From Octopus vulgaris (lineage: Eukaryota), in assembly GCA_951406725.2 (NCBI GenBank), contig OX597823.1, forward strand, positions 35,526,001 through 35,590,000: a stretch of DNA of 64,000 bases, in the 5' to 3' direction. The notes under the pieces were generated by a model, which was given only the letters and a program-made list of their open reading frames with translations, was not told the DNA's origin and made no database searches. This document shows, in pieces, positions 50,601-63,763 of the stretch. The position numbers and the translations under genes were made by a program. Numbering within the stretch: position 1 is the first letter of the stretch; each line of letters opens with the position of its first letter.

Positions 50601-51414
50601 TTATATATTTCTATGAAATTTAATGTATTTCTACATTTTGTGCATTAAATAGTGAAATACATATACAGTGTGGGTTATGAATAAGAAATATTTCAACTCA
50701 TATCGATATACATTTGTTCCTTGTCCAGGAACCAGGGTCATGAATTATGCTGTATTTATAATTTCCCGATGATCAACCGCGTGTTTTCATGTAAACGAGG
50801 GGTATATTTGTTTACATTTTAATAAGTGACCTTCACCTTCTATCAGCGACAGTTTTCGAGTGGTAGAAGTGATTGAATGCTGATAAAACTGGTCCTTTTG
50901 ACCGTCATCTCCTAACTATCGAAAGAATGGGGTTTGGGCCTGATTTTACAGCGATAATAAAAAGTGCAAATATGAGATTTTAGTATTCTTTACATACTAC
51001 ATACATTTGAGGAAAAAACTATTTTGTAATATTTCTCTTCTACAAAGGCCACAGAGAGGTGAAGTTCCATTGAAATGGCGGTGTCCTTTCAATATTATCC
51101 TAACAAGCATGCATTTGCCATTATACAGAGCTAAGTTAGCTAACTTACTCAACTTTCTGTATTAACAAAATAAGAAACAAATTTTATACAAATGCTTCTT
51201 ATTTGTCGTCTCTGTCACCGTTTTCCATTTTTTCTCCATAGTTATACATTTTCTTACCTCTTTTCTTCTTGAAGTAACAGTTTACACTTCCAACAACTGA
51301 ACAGGAATTAATCATCTGCACGAGCGTCTTGAAATTTTGATTAGTGTACAATATTCTTCAAAATATTAAACTATACGATAATGTTCTTAACATAATCTGC
51401 CCTTTCTAAATATT

Positions 51415-51619
51415 CTCTAGGCACAAGGCCCAAAATTCTGGGGGAGGGGGCCAGTCGATTAAATTGGCCCCAGTACGCAACTGCTACTTAACTTATCAAC
51501 CCCGAAAGAATGAAAGGCAAAGTCGACCTCGGTGAAATTTGAACTTAGAACGTAAAGACAGACGAAATACCGTTAAGCATTTCGCCCGGCGTTCTAACGT
51601 TTCAACCAGCTCGTTGCCT
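51415..51619 (-). mobile_element. Full-length SINE family C with 17-bp TSD
   Basis: TSD tgccctt(t/c)ctaaatatt at 51398-51414 and 51620-51636. Body matches the 15790 and 18075 copies. Confidence 0.92.
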
Positions 51620-52457
51620 TGCCCTTCCTAAATATTAAGTCTAAAAACTTATCATGGTGCATACTATTTTTATACAATGCCTGAAAAATTATGAAAAAAA
51701 ATGGATGCTGTTACAATGAGTCTAGTGGTAAGGAAGTTGCATTTTTAAACAATTATTCTCCCTTGTACAATATTCTTCGAAGTATTAAACTATACGATAA
51801 TGTTGCACCATGTTGAACTGTTATGTAGCATAGTTCTAGTGTAATATGGTTCATTATGATGTGCTATGATGTATTAACTAACATTCTCTTCTCGTCGCCA
51901 TCCTAAAATACCGAGATACTGCATACAATAGTTTGGTTATATCGTGTTTATGAGATAGATTTCTAAACAGCTTAAAATTAAATCGATATTCTAGTAATTT
52001 CAGTAACTCTTAGGACTTTTCTTCATTCTGACAATTTAAAATTCCGGTTCAATGATAAAAACAGATTCGGTACAAATTTGTTACATACTCATCACAACTT
52101 ATCATTGAAAATTGTCCTTGCATTAAAACAAAACTGCAGTACTGTACACTTACATACAATTCATTTATACACATATAAATAGACATACGCACACTCTAGG
52201 ATTACGTGGAATATAATATTACTTACACTTTTGTATAGGAGGAACATGTGTGATAAACTGTGCGAATTAGTTTACAACTGAAATTTTGTTATTGAAACTT
52301 TATATAAAATACTTTATTGCACCAGGGAGAATTGTATATCAATTGTATTTTGTGTTGTAATCTTAATATTGTAAAAGCAAAAGTAGAAAAAGTAAATCGT
52401 AAACATGTAAAAAGTTATTGAAAAGAAACAGAAACGTGTAAAACAGGATAACCATAC

Positions 52458-52519
52458 AACAATAACTACTACTACTACTACTACTACTACTAATAATAAT
52501 AATAATAATAATAATAATG

Positions 52520-52574
<55 letters not shown>

Positions 52575-52600
52575 TAATAATAACAATAATAATAATAATG

Positions 52601-52661
<61 letters not shown>
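52458..52661. repeat. (ACT)n/(AAT)n array
   Basis: Direct reading. Confidence 0.98.
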
Positions 52662-52662
<1 letters not shown>

Positions 52663-53844
52663 GTGGAAACAAATTATTTTCTATGTAGAGTGAAACAGAA
52701 TGGCTTCCTTGCAGATGTGGATTAAAATTATTACCTTCAATCAGAGAATTCAGAAAAAAAAAATTATCCATTCAAAGAGAAATATAACTGAATCGCGTCT
52801 ACATGAAAGTCACTCTTACAGAAATTATTTAGTAAGTTCTTATTCGTTGAACTTGCTTCTTAATAGGTTTTTCATTGATTGAATTTTACATTTTCTTATA
52901 ACTTTCACGCTTTCTTTACTTTTTTCTCTTTTTGATAGCTTATAATTTTAATTTTAATTCTTTTAAATATTTTTATATAGTTGGCATATTTTTTATATGT
53001 TTATTACATTTTTATTGTATATATTTCTCTTTTTTTCCATTTACTATGTAATTAAATTTCTGTCTTTATCTCTCTCTTTCTCTACATCTTTCCCTTTCTC
53101 TCTGTAAGCATTCCTCTACTTGTAATGATGTCAATATTGGATGTTAAGATGTTATAGTAATATCGGAATAAAACAAAATATTAAAAAAAACTATCATTCA
53201 TAAGTGTACTTTCCTGTGTTATAAAAAAACGTCTAATTAGAACGTGTAGGTATGGGTGTCCGTGTCTATACCCGTGTTTGTGTGTGTACATATAATTGTA
53301 TACAACCCCACAAATTTTGCAAATATGTATAACCGCTAACACGACTATGCCCGGCCTTTATTTTCTTTTGGAAAGGTGTTACTTTATTAATCCCTGATGT
53401 TTTGTTGTTAATGCTGAAATTGAAAAAAAACAATAGACATTTTAAGACTTCCACTGTCTTATTGTTGTATGAAGAATTTTTGTTTAGTTATGTAATTAAA
53501 ATACAGAACAACTTGAAATGCTGATGGCACGAAAAAATAATTAGGATTGATATAGTAGAAAACAATGTTATTATATTAATAAAAAAAACCTCGAGAATAT
53601 TTGTGAAATATTAACAGAATCTTTAAAAGCTTGGCATTTTTTTTTATTTAACATCCTTCGTGTTCAGTGTTTAAACATACCAAAGTCAGCTTCGCCTATC
53701 ATATTTCACAGGTTGATTGAATACAGTGTCAATCAATCACATTTAAATTTGACGTATGATTAAAAAATAACAACAGCTATTGTTCTGTCCTACTGATTTT
53801 CCATTCTGCTGATCACATGCCAATATAACTTTTTTCACTTTTTC

Positions 53845-54045
53845 TCCTTTTACATGTTTCTCTTATTTGACTGTAGCCATGCTGGGGCACCATCTTGAAG
53901 GGTTTTAATCGAACAAATCGACCCAAGGATTTTTTAAAGTCTAGTACTTATTCTATCGGATCTTTTGCTGAACCGCTGTTAAGGGAACGTAAACACACCA
54001 ACACCAGTTGTCAAGCGGTGACACTAAGACATACACACATAAGCA

Positions 54046-54093
<48 letters not shown>

Positions 54094-54143
54094 TACGACG
54101 GGCTTCTTTCAGTTTCCGTCTACCAAATCCACTCACAAGGCTT
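53845..54143 (-). mobile_element. SINE family A, 5'-truncated
   Basis: tatacgacgggcttctttcagtttccgtctaccaaatccactcacaaggcttt is the reverse complement of the family A body. Confidence 0.86.
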
Positions 54144-54312
54144 TATCTCCCCCAAAGTAAAAGTCAAATTTTAATTATATATCCTTCAATATTTTTAAAG
54201 ACTAAATATCATACACTCATAATAACAATAATTGTTTGATTTTTTGTTTTCTTTGCTCTATGTACGATATGAATTATCATAATAAAATTTCGCCTCCAGT
54301 CGAACAATTATT

Positions 54313-54355
54313 CTGTGCTGATGAAGGGAAATAGCCCGGAAATCGCGATACGCAG
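54313..54355 (+). ncRNA. Type I hammerhead ribozyme (minimal, PLE-type)
   Basis: ctgtg CTGATGA a ggg aaatag ccc g GAAA tcgcga TA cgcag. Stem I ctgtg/cgcag, stem II ggg/ccc, palindromic stem III atcgcgat, cleavage triplet ATA. Confidence 0.75.
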
Positions 54356-54442
54356 GTATTTTTTTGAGCTGAGTGGGGATGCAATATTCCCTTGTTCGAA
54401 AATATAAGGACAAATATCGTGTCATATAGCCAGCTGGAGACG

Positions 54443-54500
54443 ATGTTGCTGTAATTTAGCGCTGGAGACGATGTCTCCAGGGGCTAAATTACAGCAACAT
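54443..54500. repeat. Hairpin with about 27-bp stem
   Basis: atgttgctgtaatttagc-g-ctggagac gat gtctccag-gg-gctaaattacagcaacat. Confidence 0.92.
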
Positions 54501-54593
54501 TCGTCCTAAACCAGGACTATGTTATGTTGGCAAACAATCTTTATTACTATTATACCCATGCTAGCATGGAAAGCGGACGTTAAACGATGATGA

Positions 54594-54646
<53 letters not shown>

Positions 54647-54837
54647 TGGATTTCCACTTCGGCATCTGAAACTCAGAGTTTTATCTTGACTATTGAGTAA
54701 ATGTAACATATTATTTTATAGATAAATTTCCTCTATTTACATAATATTGAGATCTCTTTCTTTCTTTTGTTATCTCACTGTTTTTACCAATATATATATA
54801 TATATATATATCCATACGCGCGGACACACACATATAT

Positions 54838-57835
54838 ATGAAGTTAAACGCAAATGTTATTCAAATCTTTATACTTCCGACATATGTTTCGAAGAAAACA
54901 TTGGTATTATTTCAGAAGGAATAAAATGATGTAAGACAGAGCAATCTTCTCAGCAGGGGATAAAAGAGAAACAGAACGCATCAATAAGACATTTTTACCG
55001 AATGTGATTGCTGCATATATGATGAAGGGAACGCTGGTAAGTTATTTTTTTAGAAAACCGTTAATAGATATAACGTCTTATTAGTAAGACAAACTTCTAT
55101 ATTAACCGACAATAAAGACATTAAACAGCCTTCTAACGATCTAACTTCTGAATTCAAGAAATTGTTTAAATCTAAAAACAATCCTCCACCTAACCTAAAA
55201 TTGAAACACTTTGAAAACTGGTCTGTCGTGAGGAATGGGAAATTCCACCGTTCACCCGTAAGGAATAAACATCTTAGCTATCTTCCCAATATCACCAAAG
55301 AAATTCATAACATGGATGGGATACTGGTTCAATCGGATAAAACAGGAAACTTATACATACTTACCAAGGATTTTCCCTAGAATTGCTTAGAAAAGAAATA
55401 CAGAAGAATTATAAGATTACTGGTAAAAGTGCAATCAGGAAAGCCAACCTTGAGGCTAAGAAAATTATGGACATGAAAACCGAACCCCATCATCCCAAAC
55501 AAGCTCGTTTTATTTTAAAAGATCACAAACAAAATTTGTTTAATAACCCATCCTTACGACTTATTTGTCCTTCTAGCTCTGACATCTGTGTACTTAGTAA
55601 AAACATTATAGACAAATATATTCCTACCGTAGTTAAAAAAATTAAAGCTTAATTTATGGTCTAATTCGTTCCAAGTGGTGGACTGGTTCAATTCTATTAA
55701 TAACAAGAAGTGCACTAAGTTTGTCTAGTCTGACATTTTTAGTTGCTATTCCTCTATCAACCTAGTTGTACTTAACAAGGCACTCTGGCTCACTTACAAC
55801 AAAGCAGGTCTCACCAAGGAGGGAATTAATGTCGTGTTAGCCGCCGGAAAATCTAATATTTAATTTGAGAACAAGCTGTGGGTCCGTTAAGATAAGCCCA
55901 ACAGTTTTGATGTCACGATGGGAAGTTCTGATTCAGTACAAATTGATGGTTTGGTCGGTATATATATCCTTTATGAGATGGCTGAGCAATTCCCAAACAT
56001 CAACGGAGGTCTATATCGTGATGGTTGTCTACTCTATTTTCAAAATACTTCTAACCAAAATCTACAAAGGGTTAAAAATAGGTGCGTTAAATTTTTCCGA
56101 AACGTGGGCATTGTTTTCGATGATGATATAACTAAAGCCAAATTTTTGGATATTACCCTTAACTTATATAATGATTCATATTTCCCATACCATAAACACT
56201 CAACTAATTTAAAATATATTAGCTCTTTCAGTAATTATTCTAAGGTTATTACAAGGAATTTACTTAAGAATATTTCACTTAGACTTTCTAGATTATCTGC
56301 CAGTATTGATTTCTTCAACGATAAAGCCGAATTTTATAAATCTGCCAAACCTGAAGCTGGTTATAAAGAAAAATACCTATATCAACCTTATTGACATTAA
56401 ATCCACCTCTATTAATCAGGACATGAAATCAAGTCATAACGGTAATAACAATATAAATTTTAGTTCGAATAACAACACTAAATTGAGAAATGTAATTCTA
56501 CAGCGTAAGGGAGCTAACCGTTCTTTAAGGCCCTTTTTTTCTTTGTAAAAGTACATCTAGGACTTTTAAAGATAATTACCCTAATAATAAGGGTTGATAA
56601 TTCCATACGGTAAGCAGATCAAATCTAACCTCCCTTACTAGTTTCGTGAGGCTATAGATAAGAATTTCCCACAAAATTCAAGATACTATTCCATTATCAA
56701 TTCACACCGGATCAGGATAGGGTTATCAAAAACCTTTCACAAATCATCTCTTCTCATAACAAAATTTGTTAAATAAAAATCCACTTAATGAAAATTATAA
56801 CAATGATATTATTGACACTAACCGTTCCTTAAACAATAATAGCAACAATATTAGTATTTCTGATATAAATTCCAATCGCATTCGTTTCCTTAGCAGTAAT
56901 TCTAAGACTAAAAACTATTTATCAATGTAAAACTACTTCCGCTTCTGAGTTTTTTATATAGGTAGTTCTTCATCTCAGTTGTTCAAAAGAATATCTTACC
57001 ATTACTCGACATTTAGACATATCAATGAACGTAACAATAATGGGCTTAGTAAATTAATTTGGTCTTTAAGGAACATAATAATTTGATTTGGAATGGAATA
57101 TTCTATCTAGAACTTTCCCGTATGATAAAAGTAAATCTTTTTGCTCGCTCTGTAACGATGAACTGTATTTCATCCTGTTCTTAGAGAATCCTCTTGTAAA
57201 CACGTTTAAAGAACGCGTTTATCGTTGCAAACATTGGCAAAAAATATACCTCTAGTTCCTATAAGTGATTTCTGCCACACTATAAAATTCGAACTTTTAA
57301 GTGTCTTCTTACATTTACTGCCACTAAATATAACTATTTCCACACCTTTAATCTGTATTCCTATTCACCTATCGCATTATATTTCTCCACTTTAGTTTTC
57401 TGCTAATTTCTCTCTTCCTCCTTTTTCTCGTTCTATAGATTGTCTTTGACGTTATATCTAAGAACGGTTTTTTTTTAATGACTTACTAGCGTTCCCTTCA
57501 TCTTAAATGCAGTAATCACATTCGGTTAAAATGTCTTATTCATGCGTTTTGTTACTCTTTTTTCCAAAGATTGTATTGTTTTGCATCATTTTAGTATTTC
57601 TGAAATAATACCAATGTTTTCTTCGAAACATATGTCGGAAGTATAAAGATTTGAATAACAACTGCGTTTAACTTCATTTCTTTATTTATGTATGTTAAAT
57701 AAAAAGCATTTCACCAACACCTCGAATTTCTACCTTTATAAGTAGGCTGTTACATCCTTGGAACTTATATGAATTTTTGCTACCCTGGTAACTATTCATT
57801 TATTTTTTCCGTGTTATTTGTAAACATTGAAAAAA
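54838..57835 (+). mobile_element. Decayed Naiad-like Penelope element with inverted pseudo-LTRs
   Basis: SDKTGNLY, FILKDHKQN..NNPSLRLICPS, MGSSDS.QIDGLVG.YIL, GGLYRDG.L, FLDITLNL, PYHK, C-terminal IYQCK...HYSTFR...LSKLIW...CSLC..E...RCKH. 54838-55077 is an inverted copy of 57448-57677. (TA)n on both sides. Confidence 0.88.
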
Positions 57836-57927
57836 ATACATATACATTTATATATATATATATATATATATATGTATAACTGGTGTAATTAAATCATCGA
57901 TAGTTTAATATAATATTTCAGAATATA

Positions 57928-57974
<47 letters not shown>

Positions 57975-58204
57975 CAACTATTGAGGGTAAAATTAATTAA
58001 TTATTAATCAATTTCACCAAGTGTTATTTTACTAAGCCCTTTTATATATATATATATATATATATATAAACATGTAAGACATTAAAAATATATTATCAAA
58101 TATTTATCAAATACATAGTATATATGTATATTATAGGTTGTGCAAATATACTTATGGCAGTATGTTCAACTACGAAATATTTGTATTATCATATATATAT
58201 ATAT

Positions 58205-58507
<303 letters not shown>

Positions 58508-59289
58508 CGTCTGAGGAGACTCATTCTCTTTTAACGCCTTTAACACACTAACCGGTAAAGTTTCCACTCATTTACTTATTTATCTTTCCTAAAATTTTCG
58601 TTGCGTCTTGCAAACTTTTCAATAGTTCTTGACTAAGTCTGTTATCCGAGGTGCGTTCTTTTTGATTGTTTGTGCGCATGTGTGCGAGTCAGTGCGTGTG
58701 CACATATACATGTATGTATGTATGGGTGTGTATGCTTGTATGTATGTGCGTGTGCGTATGTATATATATATATATATGCATGTATGCGTATGTATGAGTT
58801 CGTTTGTATGTAGGTATTCTGCATATTCATGTTTGTGTTTGTGTGTTCGTGTTTTTGTGCTTTTCTTCAGTGCGCGCGTGTGTGTATGTTTTTGCATGTG
58901 TGTGAACTTTTGTCTCCTTGTATGTGCATGTCTGTGTTTGTTTGTGCGTATGTGTTTTTGACTATGTACTGTGTCTCAATGTATGGATGTGTATCTGCAT
59001 ATATATGGGATATCTGTCTTCATATCTGTCCTTGTGTGAAGTGAAGTGCATGTGCTTCAGTCTTTATTTGCGTATGTGTATGTGTGCTTGTCTGTACATA
59101 TTACCTATGTACCTATCCATATGTATGTCTATCTGTTTTCATTCATATCCATTTGCCTACATACATGAGCATACATATACGTATACATACACACACATAC
59201 ATACATGTACGTACACACACATACATACATATACGTATACATACATACACACATACATACATGTACATAACAGCCCACTAACTGTTCTA

Positions 59290-59565
59290 CCTGTATATAA
59301 ATGTAATCTGTGGGTATGAGAGTATGATTACCAGCCACGTATATAGGGAGAGACATCTAGGACCATCGCGGAAAGACTGAATTAAAATTTGAGACAATAT
59401 GACGACAAAAAACAGTCCTCCATACTCTACCAACATGGAGGCAACCTGGGTCAACTTGAGATCTGCGTTTCATCCAAGCACCCACAGGACCCAACCCTCA
59501 GAGAAATACAGGAGTACATTCTCATAAATGAAACATCCCCAGTACTAAATAGAAAATATACGTAG
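59290..59565 (+). mobile_element. Penelope-like element 3' fragment (GIY-YIG endonuclease)
   Basis: Hand translation VYKCNL../PATYIGETSRTIAERLN*...SSILYQH...DPTLREIQEYILINETSPVLNRKYT*. Not in the ORF track because of stops. Confidence 0.85.
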
Positions 59566-59852
59566 TAGGTAATCAAATACATATATATATATACCAATTA
59601 TATACGTTTTTATTATTTTTTTGCAATTTACTTAATCATTGGTATTTTATTGCTATTTTAATTTTGATATTACTATTATATGTAATTTTCTAGATGGTGT
59701 AATTTAATAGTTCATTTGGGATTGATAAATGGTGGTTTTTTCTAATTTATATATATATATATATATATTATATTGTGTGAAATTTGATTTAGTATTCTCT
59801 AAATTAAATTTTTTCCCTGTAAGTTAGGATTAATATTCCCTCAAATAATAAT

Positions 59853-59940
<88 letters not shown>

Positions 59941-59984
59941 ATATTATCTATATATATAGATATAGATAGATAGATAGATAGATA

Positions 59985-60148
59985 GGCGCTGTAGTGGGTG
60001 TGTGGTAAGTAGCTTGCTTACCAAAGTGGTTGCGGGTTCAGTATCCTTGGGCAAGTGTCTTCTACTATAGCCTCGGGCCGACCAAAGCCTTGTGAATAGA
60101 TATGTTAGACGAAACTAAAAGAAGCCTCTCGTATATATATATATATAT

Positions 60149-60221
<73 letters not shown>

Positions 60222-60410
60222 GTGTGTACGTGTGTGTATGTGCTTCTCCCCCACCATTTGACAACAAATGTTGGTGTGTTTACGTCCCCGTAACTTAGCT
60301 GTTCAGTGAAAGAGAGCGATAGAATAAGTACTAGACTGCAGGCAGTGCTTCAGCATGGCCGCAGTCAAATGACTGAAGCAAATAAAAAATAAAAGAATAA
60401 AAGAAAAGAA
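59985..60410 (+). mobile_element. SINE family A copy with expanded internal (TA)n
   Basis: ggcgc.gtagtgg.tgtgtggtaagtagcttgcttacc...ccttgggcaagtgtcttctactatagcctcgggccgaccaaagcc. Confidence 0.9.
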
Positions 60411-61355
60411 TAGACATATAAATGCTTATGTTATGTATATATGAATGAATGTAATTTATGTATATATGTTGGCATGTATGTATGTATTGATCTATATTGA
60501 CTTCGTGTTGTTTTGCAATGTATGTATCGACAATACACCTTAGGAGGTTTAATCCAACAAATCTCATTAAATATTTCATTAGTTTTCCTGATTGTTATAC
60601 GTCAATACATCTTGATACAATTATATTATGTACTTGTCAGATTTTTCTCATGCTTATTTCTGTCTTTCTAATTTGCTGTCATGTTTAATTTACAATATGT
60701 TGTATAAAGGTTTAATAAAATATAACCTAAGTAATATGCTTGTATGTTTAAAATGTATAATAACCATTGTTTCTCAAACGCTAATGATATTCTGTTCGTT
60801 TATTTACTTATTCTTGTTAACTAGGCTTGCCTATACTTCTGGGGTTGTATGTTTCGTATGATTTGGTTTCGAAGGAGACCTCCGTCGAGTAGTGCTTTTG
60901 ATGTTGATTGTCAATAACTGCAGGAGAAATACGGGGAAGAAGAGATTGTAGAGAGTCAATGTTCTGAAGCGAAACGGTTGCAATTTGTGTTTATTGTGGT
61001 GCCTGAGAAGATGAAAAGTATACGAGTGGTGATATGGAAGTGAATATGTGTTGGCTCACCTCCATATGGCACTTAGAGAAAGGTGTCATGTAACGAGGCA
61101 GTTCCAAGGGGCAGAGTTTACAAAAGCAGTAACTGAAAAAAAATTACAGAATGAGGAAACAGCAACCCTGGGGACGAAAAGCTAAATGTATTGATAAGTA
61201 ATTCCATGTAGGGTGTTGCTTAACACACCCAAATTTTGGAGTAGAATTCAATTGTCTCACGTGACCAATATGGAGAGTTAGTAATAGTTAGAAGTGTAAG
61301 TATTCTCTTACTCGCTTGACAGATGCATTTAAGTAATTTAAGTTAAATTTTAGCT

Positions 61356-61433
61356 CATCTGCCGTCGTGGTTAAGAACCCGGGCTACTAACCTCAAGATT
61401 CCGAATTCGATTCCAGGCAGTGACCTGAATAAC

Positions 61434-61491
<58 letters not shown>

Positions 61492-61674
61492 GCAACATCA
61501 AAAACACCTTAGGAATGAGAACCCAGGTTCGAAATTTCCGCAAAACATCTGATGAAGGCTGGAGGGTATATCAGCCGAAACGTGTCAACAACAAACAAGG
61601 TGAGGACAAATATTCGTCAATTGTAAATAATGTAAATAATGTACATAATTCCTCATCTCTTAAATATAGAACTG
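61356..61674 (+). mobile_element. Stand-alone tRNA-head + (AAT)n + hammerhead unit (solo PLE terminal repeat or SINE-like element)
   Basis: Colinear with 33961-34218 (-) and ends at the same base (aaatatagaactg). Contains CTGATGA a ggctg..cagcc GAAA cg at 61549-61582. No PLE coding sequence upstream. Confidence 0.88.
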
Positions 61675-61774
61675 CTTGAGTTTGATATTGAGAGGTGGGG
61701 CAAAATTACTGTAAAAACAAAATCCCTCGCACGTGCATTTGGGCCATTCCAACAAAATCTCTGTCAATACTGCT

Positions 61775-61960
61775 TTCAAATTTTGGCACAGTCACAAATT
61801 TTGAGGAGATGGTAAGTCTATTATATTGAGCCACAGTGTTCAACTGATACTTATTTTATCAACTCCGAAAGGTTGAAAGGCAAAATCGACCTCGGCAGCA
61901 TTTGATTTCAGAACGTGAATTTGGAAGAAATGCTGCTGAGAATTTTCTCAAGTGTGTTAA
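61775..61960 (-). mobile_element. Degenerate SINE family C copy
   Basis: tgaaaggcaaaatcgacctcggcagcatttgatttcagaacgt. Confidence 0.75.
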
Positions 61961-62104
61961 TAGTTCAACTAGCTCACCTCCTCAATATAATCTCTCTCAA
62001 TATTACTTAAACCAAGTGTCAATGCAACACTTCCTTTATAATTTAAATTGAATAGCTCAGCATTTACATATGTAGATATACATACTACATATTCATTTAT
62101 CCAC

Positions 62105-62135
<31 letters not shown>

Positions 62136-63534
62136 CAAACACATATACGTGTGTATAGTATGTATATGCACATCTATAATAATAAATGGCAAGTTTGTGC
62201 TTGCAACAGTTGATGAAACTTGACACGTGTGTGGGGCTTATCCCCATGCAGTCACTTGGAATTTTTTAAAAATCGATTTTTAATCAGCATCGATTTTTCA
62301 AAAATCGTAAAATTCCGGCATTTTTCGCACTAGCCATTGTGACATCGATTTGACGAAAAATGCCGAAATTTGACGAAAAATGTTTCATGGGTATAAAGTG
62401 ACAGCTTATTAACGGTAATCTTATTAACGGTAATTTTGTTGGAAATAACTTTGTCTTCCTTTATTCCGATATCACCTATTAACGTTGATGTAACCCTACT
62501 TACCCTTTCGCAAGTGGTCTTATGGGAATTGTTAATTAATTATCCGTGGATAAAATACCGGGTGATATTAATCTGAGCTTTTGATCCCGGGAAAGAATTA
62601 GCCTGAATATACTCCATATTCAGCAAATGTTTCCTCTTAACCCTAATTTGGTGACCCTCTTCAATTTAGGAGAATAGTCTTATATTAGATTACTGCTTAT
62701 ACATTGAGATCTTGCTGTTGATAAACACAGATATCTATGACTACATAAAAAATAACATCACCAAGTAATAAATAGCTAAAAGATTCACTCAGCAGAAATA
62801 TTAAAGTTTTAGCACAACTCAGCTGACAAACTAGGGTGGCTTTTACTAGATAAACTGAGTTTGGCAGTGTGGCAGGCTGACAGTGTAACAAGAGTGGACA
62901 GTGTGACTATCATTCCCATCATAAGTGGTGAAACGGAATGTTATGCAACCACATACTTAAAAATTTTGTTTGATTATCTACAAGTGTAAACATGTAGACA
63001 CGCTCCACAAAGTAGAAATATAGGATCTGTACACGCTCAGCCTCCGCCTACTACTATTTTCCTCCTTTTCGTCCCCTTCTCTTCCTCCTCCTCCTCCTCC
63101 TCCTCATCATCATCATCATCTTCTTCTTCTTTAAGGGGGATCAGTAATATAGACTTTGTGGACTTATCCAAGGTATTGTTCAAATGTACGAAATTAATAG
63201 CCATTAACTCCCTCCACTACAAATAATCCACCTCTCTCTCCTTCTCTCCCTCCCTCTCTCTTTATCACTCTCTATCTTACTCTCTCTTCTGTTCTCTATC
63301 TCCAAGTAGCTCTCTGCTCTTCTCTCTCTTTCCATTTCTCTGTCTCATGCTCTGTGTCTCCTACATACTCTCCTCTCTTTCTCCAACTCCCTCCATATCT
63401 TTCTCCTGCTAGCTCATCTACTCTGTCTCACCCCCATTTTTCTGTCATTTTTTCATACTCCCTCTATCTCTCTATCTCCCCCTCTCTCTCTCTCTCCCTC
63501 TCTCTCTATCTCCCTCTCTCTCTCTCTATCTCCT

Positions 63535-63763
63535 CGCGTGACTTACCCACAGGCATTGGTGATATGATCCTACACACCCGCTTGTCCCGGACATAACATT
63601 ATTTGACAAATTTTTCTGAAGTAGGACCATCGAATAACTTGGCGTTCTGTCTTTCCTGACATCTTTCTTTCAGTGTTTTCGCTCAACACCCGGTCTGGGA
63701 ATCGAAACCGCGATCCTACGCCGCGACTCCGCTGCCCTAACCACTGGGCCATTGTGCCTCCAC
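63535..63763 (-). mobile_element. SINE family D copy
   Basis: tggaggcacaatggcccagtggttagggcagcggagtcgcggcgtaggatcgcggtttcgattcccagaccgg (A and B boxes). Confidence 0.85.

Noticed and set aside
57270-57680. SECIS element or selenocysteine recoding, reported for some Naiad PLEs
   Set aside because: ATGA at about 57478 lacks the matching GA quartet and is absent from the inverted copy. The conserved C-terminal Cys codons are TGY, not TGA.
60880-61220. Possible CR1/Jockey LINE 3' remnant on the minus strand
   Set aside because: Only faint similarity to the RT..LWN.L motif, too degraded to support.
62248-62440. DNA-transposon-like end with repeated atcgattt and tttgacgaaaaatg motifs
   Set aside because: Could not identify a second terminus or TSD, so left unclassified.
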